Positions 1 through 8,000 of a DNA stretch of 22,388 nt are shown in pieces. Within the stretch, counting starts at the first letter, position 1. Every line of letters starts with the position of its first letter. The stretch is from Candidatus Xenobia bacterium (GTDB taxonomy: Bacteria > Vulcanimicrobiota > Xenobia > Xenobiales > QWHO01). The translations under genes were made by a program, and so were the position numbers. The stretch spans positions 1-22,388 of the forward strand of contig BTUM01000111.1 in NCBI GenBank assembly GCA_045863235.1, read 5' to 3'. Below the pieces are notes generated by a model. The model worked only from the letters and a program-made list of their open reading frames with translations, was not told the origin of the DNA and ran no database searches.

Positions 1-222
1 CTCGCGGCGTTTAGCTCCGCGGCATCGCTCAGGTTGGGATGCTACCCCTGTCCGTTTCGGCTCGGACAGACCGTCTCCAGCACTTTCCCGGAGATTGCTT
101 CCTTCGGGCTCTCGCGGCGTTTAGCTCCGCGGCATCGCTCAGGTTGGGATGCTACCCCTGTCCATATCGGCTCGGACAGCCCGTCCCCGGTTAGTTTCCC
201 GGAGATTTGCTTCCATTTGTCT
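1..222. repeat. Two ~110-bp tandem units, first 53 bp identical (1-53 = 111-163)
   Basis: Direct comparison: ctcgcggcgtttagctccgcggcatcgctcaggttgggatgctacccctgtcc occurs at 1 and 111; the remainder of the units is similar but diverged. Confidence 0.95.
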
Positions 223-614
223 TCGCGGCGTGAGCTCCGCGGCGTGACTCAGGTTTGCACGCCACCCGGCCGGTCTTTCGATCCTGGCCGTGCCCTTTGC
301 TTACGCGGCCTGGGCCCCGCGGCATCACTCGGTCTGGATGCGACCCCTGTCCGTATCGGTATCCGACAGTCCGCCGGTTCTTTCGCTTCCCGGTGCGCTG
401 ACTTCTTTCGTTTGGTCAGAACGCTGGTCTCTTCGCCGACCAGGGGCAAGCCCGCATGGGCTTGTTCGGTTCCCACCTCTCCGAACGCTCCGAGCTCTTC
501 TGGATTCGCTTCAACGGTGGCTAGCTCACCTCCGCGAGTCGCTGTCGGCTCGGCCCCTCTGAACTTATCGCAGTCAGAGCTTCTGCGGCGTGACTCAGGT
601 CTGCACGCAACCCC
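3..614 (-). repeat. Dispersed ~45-bp two-hairpin module, 5 copies (3-48, 113-158, 224-267, 304-347, 569-614)
   Basis: Minus-strand pattern GGGT-N-[GCATC|GCGTG]-CMRACC(T)GAGY-[GATGC|CACGC]-[CGCGG|CGCAG]-loop-[CCGCG|CTGCG]. Confidence 0.9.
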
Positions 615-752
615 TTCGGAATTCCTCCGAAGCCTCGGTCTTCGCTCTCCGAGTGCGTCCCGAAAAATCCTTTCGGGATTTCGGCTCTCCGCTTGCCGAG
701 TGCGGCGTCTCCGGTTTCCCGGTTCCGCGCCGGCATCGCTGCCGACCGGCGG

Positions 753-781
753 ACTATGCCACCTTTCCGACCGCCTGTCAA
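753..781 (-). promoter_or_regulatory. Sigma70-type promoter with extended -10 and GC-rich discriminator
   Basis: Minus strand: TTGACA (781-776), 17-bp spacer ending in TGG, CATAGT (758-753), then CCGCCG; A/T tracts upstream (786-818). Predicted TSS ~746. Confidence 0.8.
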
Positions 782-873
782 CTCCGAAAATTTGTTCGGT
801 CCTGGAATTTCAAAAAAACAGCCCGCCAAGAGGGTGCAAAGGCGAGCCGACGAGGGATTCCGTATGGGTTCGG

Positions 874-1224
874 TTAGAATCGAGCTTGCTGAAAGAACTT
901 GGCGTAGGGGTTGCCGCTGGGTGCGGCCAGATGGCTCAGGGGAGCCATCACCCTCTGCTTGAGGTTGGCCACCGCGCCCATGACCTGGAGATCGGCCGGA
1001 GCCACATCGGAGCTGAAGTTGCGCAGCCCGGCCGGCAGTCCCCCGATCGCTACCGCGCCCACCGGCAGATTGGCCAGCACCGGACGGGTCAGGGGGCGCG
1101 ACTCGGAGGCGACCCGCACTTCGAATTCTGGAGCCGGAGCCAGTTGCGGCTTGCTCTCGCGGGCGGGCGGGAGATCGAGGCCACTGGCCGCGGGCAGCAT
1201 GAAGGGGATGCTCATTCCGACCAT
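874..1224 (-). CDS. Hypothetical protein, 116 aa, Pro/Ala-rich
   Basis: ATG preceded by a strong SD (AAAGGAG, 1240-1234) and a TATCCT -10-like hexamer (1261-1256); no recognisable domain. Confidence 0.7.
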   Translation of the reverse strand: MVGMSIPFMLPAASGLDLPPARESKPQLAPAPEFEVRVASESRPLTRPVLANLPVGAVAIGGLPAGLRNFSSDVAPADLQVMGAVANLKQRVMAPLSHLAAPSGNPYAKFFQQARF

Positions 1225-1293
1225 TGCGTGGCGCTCCTTTCTCCGGGTTGACTACAGGATATCCCACCGAGTGCTCCGGAGTTCACCGAAAAC

Positions 1294-1320
1294 GTGTTAA
1301 GGGAGTGTAATCAGTGTTAA
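1294..1320. promoter_or_regulatory. Three direct repeats GTGT(T)AA with 10-bp period; probable transcription-factor binding site
   Basis: GTGTTAA 1294-1300, GTGTAA 1305-1310, GTGTTAA 1314-1320 in an AT-rich divergent intergenic region. Confidence 0.6.
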
Positions 1321-1438
1321 CAGATTATGAACTTTCGCGCACGCCAGATGAACCGGCTTTCTGGTAACAAGCGGGCAACCAGCGCCGGCCTCGGTCCGGC
1401 TAGGATCGGGGCAATCCAGCAGACAAGGGGTAGTTTAG

Positions 1439-2266
1439 ATGCAGATCGAGTCCCCCACCCGAGAGCAGGCCGTCACCGCTCTGCGAGCGCGCAGCGCCGA
1501 GCTGATTCGCGAGGGAGACATGCGCGGGGCCGAGCAAGTGCAACGCGACCAGGTGCTGCTCTCCGGAGCCAGAGGAGAGACGCTCTATGACATGCATCGC
1601 CACGCCAGCCAGAAGGCGAGCATCCGGTTCCCCGAGGATGACACTCTGGGTGACGCGCTGACCTGGAATCCGGGTCTCATGCTCGGGACCATCGCCGGTA
1701 CGATCGGTGGGGTCGTCGCCGTCGGCGCGGGGCTGTCCACCGGTAGCCCGGTGGCACTCGGAGTAGGGGTGGCCCTGTTGGCTACCACCGGGGGAGGCAT
1801 TCTCTGGCTCAAAAATCGGATCGACCAGCGCAATCACGGCGAAGACGTGCTGCGAGCCATCGAGAGCAATCAAGAGTATATCCGCGGCTACACACCATCG
1901 GCTGCTCCCCCGGAGGTGCAGATCGACCGCAGGGTCTTTCTGGCCGCTCTCCAGGGCCAGGAGGCAAAGCTGGCTTCGGCTGGCAACTACACCCGCGCTG
2001 GCGAGATGCGCAAAGTGCACGAGTCGCTCTCCAGGCTCGAGGGCAAGACAGTGGAAGAGCTCTTCCAGAGCCTCATCGCCAGCAACAATCGGGAGGTGCT
2101 CGACCTGGTGCAGGGCCGGCTGAGCGGCGACATCGCTCAGAGCATCGAGACCCTGGCCGAGGTCAGCAAGCTGGTGGGACCTCAGGGCCAGGCCCTGGTG
2201 CGCGAAGACAGCGATTCCCTGGTCATCGGCGGTGTGGTCCTGAAGAAACGAGCCGAGGCCGCCTGA
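1439..2266 (+). CDS. Hypothetical protein with central Gly-rich hydrophobic hairpin and C-terminal IGGVV-KR motif
   Basis: 275-aa ORF with GC3-biased codons; SD-like AAGGGG 8 nt upstream; two TM-like segments at 1673-1810; no signal peptide. Confidence 0.85.
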   Translation: MQIESPTREQAVTALRARSAELIREGDMRGAEQVQRDQVLLSGARGETLYDMHRHASQKASIRFPEDDTLGDALTWNPGLMLGTIAGTIGGVVAVGAGLSTGSPVALGVGVALLATTGGGILWLKNRIDQRNHGEDVLRAIESNQEYIRGYTPSAAPPEVQIDRRVFLAALQGQEAKLASAGNYTRAGEMRKVHESLSRLEGKTVEELFQSLIASNNREVLDLVQGRLSGDIAQSIETLAEVSKLVGPQGQALVREDSDSLVIGGVVLKKRAEAA

Positions 2267-3921
2267 GCCGGGTCTTCCTGGTCCTGTTGCTGTTGGCCCG
2301 GGTGGCCCTGGCCCAGCCGGCCGACCTGGTCTTGCGCGACGCGCGCGTTTACCCGCTGGACGGAGCTCCTACCGAGGCCGTGGCCGTGCGTGCAGGGCGC
2401 ATCGTGTATGTGGGCCCCAACTCGGGGGTGGAGGCCCTCACCGGACCCGGGACCCGGGTGCTCAGCCTGCCCGGCCGCATGGTGCTGCCCGCCTTCCACG
2501 ACTGCCATGTCCACCCGCTCGAGGGCGGCGTGGAGTTGGGGCGGCTGTTGTTGGACAGCTCGGCCACCTCCCCCCAGGTCTGGCTCGACCGCCTGGCCGC
2601 CTACGCCCGCGAGCATCCCGAGAAGAGCTGGATCGTGGGCGGGGGCTGGGCCAACCCGCTTTTCCCCGAAGGCAATCCCAGTCGCAAGCTGCTCGACGCC
2701 GTGGTCAGCGACCGTCCGGTCTACCTGGTCACCGCCGATGGCCATTCGGCCTGGCTCAACAGCGCCGCCCTGGCTGCGGCCGGCATTACCCGCGAGACAC
2801 CCGACCCGCCCGGAGGGCGCATCGAGCGCGAGAAGGACGGGGCACCAGCAGGTACACTGCGCGAGAATGCCCTGGCGCTGGTAGCGCCGTTTCTGCCGCC
2901 CACCACCCTCGAAGAGCGCCAGGAGGGGCTGAGGAAGGCGCTGGCCATGGCCCACAGCTTCGGAATCACAACCCTGCACGAGGCCCACGCACGTGACGAG
3001 GCCGACCTGAGTGCCTATGCCGCCCTGGAGGCAGGCGGAGAGCTGAAGGCCCGCATCATCGCCAGCTTGCACACCGAGCCCGGTCAGGGAGCCGGCCAGG
3101 TGGGCCAGCTGATCGCCCTGCGCAAGCGCTATCTGAGCCGCCTCCTGCGCCCCACGGCGGCCAAGATCTTTGCCGATGGTGTCATCGAGTCGCGCACCGC
3201 GGCTCTGCTCCAACCTTACAGCGACAAGACCAGCGGCATGCTCAACTTCCCCCCCGACGAGCTGACCGCGCTGGTGGTGGCCCTGGACCGGGCCGGCTTT
3301 CAGGTCCACGTGCACGCCATCGGCGACCGGGCTGTCAGGCTGACCCTGGATGCCCTGGAACAGGCCCGTCGGGCCAACGGACGACGGGACGCGCGCCACC
3401 ACCTGGCCCACCTCGAGCTGGTCCATCCCGACGACCTGCCGCGCTTTGCCAGCCTGGAGGTGGGAGCCACCGTCCAGCCGCTGTGGGCCCAGCGCGACAG
3501 CTACATCCGCGAGCTGAGCGAGCCCTTTCTGGACGCCGAGCGCAACGCTCGTCTCTATCCCCTGGCCGCCCTTGCGCGCCACGCTCGGCTGGCGGGCGGC
3601 AGCGACTGGTCGGTGAGCAGCATGAATCCCCTTCAGGCCATCGAGGTGGCGGTCACCCGGCGCGGTCCCGACGAGCCCGCCGGACCGCCCTGGCTTCCCG
3701 AGCAGCGGCTCGATCTGGACACGGCCTTGCGCGCTTACACGGTGGGTGGGGCCTATGCCAGCTTCCAGGAGAACGAGACCGGGACGCTCACGGTGGGCAA
3801 GGCCGGCGATTTGATCGTGCTCGAGCGGGACCTGTACCAGATCGAGCCCGGGGAGATCGGCTCGGTCAAAGTGCTGCGCACCTTCTTCGAGGGAGAAGAG
3901 GTCTACACGGCCTCGCCCTGA
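2263..3921 (+). CDS. Amidohydrolase-3 family (YtcJ-like) metal-dependent hydrolase, probably exported
   Basis: Motifs PAFHDCHVH, DGHSAWLNS, KIFADG, VHAIGDRA, HHLAHLEL, GGSDW, YTVGGAYA, GKAGDLIVL. An in-frame CTG at 2263 completes a signal peptide (SRVFLVLLLLARVALA-QP); the ORF track starts at TTG 2287. Confidence 0.92.
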   Translation: MSRVFLVLLLLARVALAQPADLVLRDARVYPLDGAPTEAVAVRAGRIVYVGPNSGVEALTGPGTRVLSLPGRMVLPAFHDCHVHPLEGGVELGRLLLDSSATSPQVWLDRLAAYAREHPEKSWIVGGGWANPLFPEGNPSRKLLDAVVSDRPVYLVTADGHSAWLNSAALAAAGITRETPDPPGGRIEREKDGAPAGTLRENALALVAPFLPPTTLEERQEGLRKALAMAHSFGITTLHEAHARDEADLSAYAALEAGGELKARIIASLHTEPGQGAGQVGQLIALRKRYLSRLLRPTAAKIFADGVIESRTAALLQPYSDKTSGMLNFPPDELTALVVALDRAGFQVHVHAIGDRAVRLTLDALEQARRANGRRDARHHLAHLELVHPDDLPRFASLEVGATVQPLWAQRDSYIRELSEPFLDAERNARLYPLAALARHARLAGGSDWSVSSMNPLQAIEVAVTRRGPDEPAGPPWLPEQRLDLDTALRAYTVGGAYASFQENETGTLTVGKAGDLIVLERDLYQIEPGEIGSVKVLRTFFEGEEVYTASP

Positions 3922-4463
3922 ACGCGGGTCACTTCCTGACGGATGCTCAGCTCTCCCAGGCTGCCCACGATCGTATAGCCCTCGGCGGTAGGCTGGATGG
4001 TCTCGCGCAGTTGCCGCTCCCCCAGTTTGCCTTCCACCGTCAGGCTTCCGTCCTCGAGCGGGGTGATGCGGGCCCGGTAGGCTTCCCCTCCCACCTCGCC
4101 CTCGATCACGGCGTCCTCGTCCTCCTCGCGGGCCAGCAGACGGATCGGGATCGTGCCCACCTGGCCCTGGATGGTCTCGCGCCGATCGTCGGGGTGGATC
4201 TCCAGACGCAGCTCGGGGCCCTCGAGCGTGCGCCGGAAGTGGGGTCCTGGCCGGGAGGTGAGCTGGCCCAGGCTGCTGGATATGTCGTAGGAGTCGGCCC
4301 GGATGCTGTATTCCAGGCTCTCGCCCTCCAAACAGGTACGCACTGTAGCTCCCTGGCGGCGGTTCTCGAGCAGCGAGATAGCCAGGGGGAGGGAGATGAC
4401 ATCGGCGCCGGGTACGAACAGGGCCTCGGCGGGGTGGTCGATTCGGGAGAAGTTGATGCGCAT
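3903..4463 (-). CDS. Hypothetical protein with ~23-aa beta-strand repeats (hxGxhG)
   Basis: 186-aa ORF; recurring IQGQVG, IEGEVG, VEGKLG, IVGSLG; converges on the amidohydrolase with a 19-bp 3' overlap; TAGCCT 6 nt before ATG. Confidence 0.8.
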   Translation of the reverse strand: MRINFSRIDHPAEALFVPGADVISLPLAISLLENRRQGATVRTCLEGESLEYSIRADSYDISSSLGQLTSRPGPHFRRTLEGPELRLEIHPDDRRETIQGQVGTIPIRLLAREEDEDAVIEGEVGGEAYRARITPLEDGSLTVEGKLGERQLRETIQPTAEGYTIVGSLGELSIRQEVTRVQGEAV

Positions 4464-4587
4464 GGCCCCAGGCTAACTCAAGGCGGGCGCTCCCGTCACG
4501 ATCCCGCGAGGATCTAATGCTCTGGCCTTGCACATTGAGGCGTCGCGCCGCTTCAGAGCCGCGCAGGGAATGCCTTGCACTTTCGAA

Positions 4588-4950
4588 TCAGGCCGGCTTG
4601 CGGTTCCCCCCGCGCAAAGCGGCGATCTTGTCTTCGAGCTTCTTGAGGTTCTCGACCCGCTCGGGATCGAGGAAAGAGCCCTTCTTGGCCTCGGCGATGC
4701 GGTTGGCCAGCTCGCCCAGGAAGCCCTTCCCCTGCTGCTCGAGCAGCTCGTCCTCCTCCCACTCGGCGCGGATCTCTTCCACGTTGTGGGCGTAGTAGGT
4801 CAGGGCGGCCTGCACCTCTTCCAGGGTCAGGCCCAGGTTCTCGGCGATCCAGTCGGGCGACTTGCCATAGTCGGCGCAGGCGGCGACGGACGACACGCGC
4901 ACTCCGCGGCCCTTGATCTTGGGTGACTTGACGATGTGGGGAAAGTCCAT
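4588..4950 (-). CDS. DUF433-domain protein (antitoxin-like HTH) with acidic helical C-terminal extension
   Basis: PKIKGRGVRV...GKSPDWIAENLGLTLEEVQAALTYY matches the DUF433 pattern. Confidence 0.85.
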   Translation of the reverse strand: MDFPHIVKSPKIKGRGVRVSSVAACADYGKSPDWIAENLGLTLEEVQAALTYYAHNVEEIRAEWEEDELLEQQGKGFLGELANRIAEAKKGSFLDPERVENLKKLEDKIAALRGGNRKPA

Positions 4951-5030
4951 GGGGCTTTGTAGCTCATGCAGGGCTGCAACTCCTGCCGCCTTTCAGCCCT
5001 CTTTCACGCCGGGCGGTTACCCTGGTAGAC

Positions 5031-8000
5031 GTGAGAATCTCGGACCAGGCCGGCTTCGTGCTGCGGCCTCGCTCCGCTGCGCCCGACCGGGCCGCGGCTG
5101 AGCGGGCTCTGGCGGCCATGCGGCAAGAGCTCGAGCCCTGGAAGGCCGAAGGCAGCTGGGCCTCGCACCGCAGCTTCATGTTCGGTTGGGCCGAGGGCTT
5201 CTCGGACAGCCCGGGCGCCGACTACGAGAATCGCTCCGACAGCTCGCTGACCAGCGCTCCCCTCTCGCTGGCGGGCGTGCGCGAGCCGCGCCTGGAGTTC
5301 AGTGAGCGCCACTCTCTCGAATCGGGCTACGACTACGTGCGCGTCGAGGTACAGAGCCTGGCCGACGGACGCTGGCGTGAGCTCGAGAGCCTGACCGGCC
5401 GTAACCTGCGCAGCAGCCGATCCTACGATCTTTCCCCCTACGTCGGTGCAAGCGTGCGGGTTCGGCTGCGGCTCACCTCTGACGGCTCCAACACCGCTTC
5501 CGGCATCACCACCGGCCCCATTCGCATCGTGGGCAAAGGGGTCAGCTTCACCCCCGCCGAGCACTGCCGCAAGGCCCGCGAACAGCTCGAGCAGCTCGAG
5601 CCGGCTGCGGTTCTGGCGGTGTACGAGCTGGCCCAAAAGGTTCAGGGAGTCGCTCCCGCGCTGGCCCTGTGGGGCGACCTGGCGCCCCACCTGGGACAGC
5701 CCGACTATGCCGCCCGGCGCGACGCCCTGGTGGCCCTGAGCCTGAAGTCCGCTCGCAGCGCCTGGCCGGCCCTGGCCAGCGCCTCCCCGGCCAACCTGCC
5801 CTCCGGACTCTCCCACGTGAGCGAGCTGGTGCGAGAGCTTGGTCCGTCCGGGGCCAGCCTGCTGCCCTCGCTGGGGGCGGCGGCCACCGCCGAGCAGCGC
5901 CAGGGGATCATCGAGCTGGCTCGCCGCGAAGGGGTGGAAGAGGCGGCCCGCGCCTGGCCCGGTCTGCAGCCCCAGCAGCCCGGTCTGCAAGAGCGTCTCG
6001 AGCTGCGCGAGCTGGCCCGCCAGGCCGAATGGGATGCCGGCGAGCTGGCTGCCCGCCAGCTCTCGGCCCGCGAGCGGCAGGCCGTCAAGAGCATCCTCCA
6101 GGCCCCCACCGGCTGGCGTCCCGAGGGCACCTGGGCCCGGACCTGGCGCGGCTGGGACGACAGCCCCGGGGCCGACTACGAGAATCGGGCCAACTCCAGC
6201 CTGGGCCTGCCGGTGCTGGACCTCAACGAGCTGAGCGAGCCGAAGCTGGTCTTCCGCGAGAGCCACAGCCTGGAGAAGGGCTACGACCAGGTGACCCTGG
6301 AGGCCAGCCGGGACGGCAAGAGCTGGGGCGAGCTGGAGAGCTGGACGGGTCGCGCCTGGATGAAGAAGCGCCAGGTGGATCTGTCTGCCTACCAGGGGGG
6401 GGCTCTGCATCTTCGCTTCCGGCTGAGCGCGGACGGATCCAACACCGCCAGCGGCATCCGCATCGGCTCCATGACGCTGGAAGGAAAGCGCGAGGGGGAA
6501 GAGGTCAGCCTGAGCGTGGAAGACCGCTCGCAAGAGGTGAGAAAGCTTCTCTGGCAGGCCCTCATGCAGCCGGTTGGCAGCGCTCGTGAGGAGGGGCTGG
6601 CTCGCCTGGAGCAGGCCACCCGCCAGCTCGGCTCGGCCCGCGAGGCCTTGAGCCTGGGGCCGTCCCCCGAGAGCGAGCTGGTGGGCCTGGCCGGCAAGCT
6701 GGGCAGCCGTGCGGCAGTCGAGGTGTGGCCTTCGGTGGCGGCCCTGAAAGAGCGCCCCCGGGCCCTGGCTTGCCTCGAGGAGCTGCGCCGCCACCACTCC
6801 CCGGCCGACGTGGCCCGGCTCTGGAAGGTGCTCGCGCCGGCCGCCGACTCGCCGGACTTCGACCGTCTGAAGAGCTCGCTGACTGACCTGGCGTCCCAGG
6901 AGGGCGTCAGTGCCGCGGTGCGCCGCTTCAGCGGCTTTGCCCTGACCGGGGTGGCGGCCGTGGAGCGCTCGGTCAAGCTGCACGAGCTGGCCCGGCGGCT
7001 CGAGCCCGGTCGCTCGGAGAAGCTGTGGGAGGAGCTGCAAAAGTCGGGCGCTGACCCGCAGGTGCTGGAGAAGCTCGACCAGCACGTGCGCGACTTTCGT
7101 CCCGAGGGCACCTGGGCCCGCGTGCGGCCGGCCTCCTGGGCCTTCCGCGAGGTGTGGCAGGATAGCCCGGGCGCCGACTACGAGCCGCGCGCCGACAGCT
7201 CTCTGGTGACCCCGCCCATCTCCCTGGGCGGGATGCGCACGGCCAGTGTGCGCTTCTGGTCGGGGTTCTCGCTGGAGAGGGGATATGACAAGGTGGGCGT
7301 GGAGGTCTCGCAGGACGGCGGGCAGCGCTGGAACGAGCTCCAGTCCTACACCGGATGGGGGGGGCGGGCCCGGCGCTCGGTCAACCTGGATGAGTATGCC
7401 GGCAAGACCGTGCAGCTTCGCTTCCGCCTGACCTCGGACGGCAGCAACCAGGCCGGGGGCATCTCGCTGGGTCAGCTTACGGTTCTGGGGGAGGACGAGC
7501 AGGGCCGCACCCTCAAGCGGGTGGTGGATCCAAAGGCGCGCGAGACTCGGGCCGAGCTGGCGCGGCTGGCCTGCCAGGCCCCCGGCGACCTGCCCGAGCT
7601 GGAGCAGGTGGCGGCCCTGGCCGGCGGCACGCGCAATGCGCTTGGCCTCTGGTCGGTGGTGCGGACTGCCGACCCTGTCCGCCGTTCCACGGCCGCCGCC
7701 CTGGCCGCCGAGGTGGGGGTGGAGAGCGCGCTGCGCTCCTGGCCGTCGCTCTCCGCCTGCCCGGAAGCCCAGCTCCCGGGCGTGCTGCAGGCTGCTCGCG
7801 ACTGCAACAAGGGCTGGGAGGCGCTGGCCAGCGACCTCCTGGCCCCCGATCTACCCGAGCGCGCCCTCGCTCTCAACCGCCTGGTCGAGCACCTGGGCGA
7901 GGAAGCTGCCCTGCAGCGCTGGCCGGCCCTGGTGGCCAGCACCCACGGCACGCTGGCCGACCGGGTCGAGGCCGAGGAGCTGGCTGCCCGGCTCGAGGGC

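Larger units (their letters stand above)
1..746 (-). ncRNA. Candidate large structured non-coding RNA (or long structured leader), 3' end outside the window
   Basis: No credible ORF. Near-continuous hairpins with purine-rich/GNRA loops on the minus strand (GTCGGCA-GCGA-TGCCGGC at 746-729; CCGG-GAAA-CCGG at 722-711). Five copies of a two-hairpin module with compensatory stem changes. Lies directly downstream of a TTGACA-17-CATAGT promoter. Confidence 0.65.

Noticed and set aside
1..614. CRISPR array
   Set aside because: Repeats are 45-53 bp and degenerate, spacing is irregular, the intervening segments are homologous and structured rather than unique spacers, and no cas genes are present.
1..614. 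Known riboswitch (TPP: GGGGT.GC/ACCTGA; glycine: CTCAGG/CCGAAG)
   Set aside because: Only short words match. TPP's CTGAGA and element order are absent, and the glycine-like words lie on opposite strands.
1040..1060. AIGGL in the 116-aa protein as a third copy of the C-terminal tag
   Set aside because: Internal position, and it lacks the upstream Glu and the VV-KR tail.
34..1251. 405-aa plus-strand ORF and 248-aa minus-strand ORF (521-1267)
   Set aside because: Ser/Pro/Arg-rich translations of the repeat region with no SD or domain, overlapping a better-supported gene and promoter.
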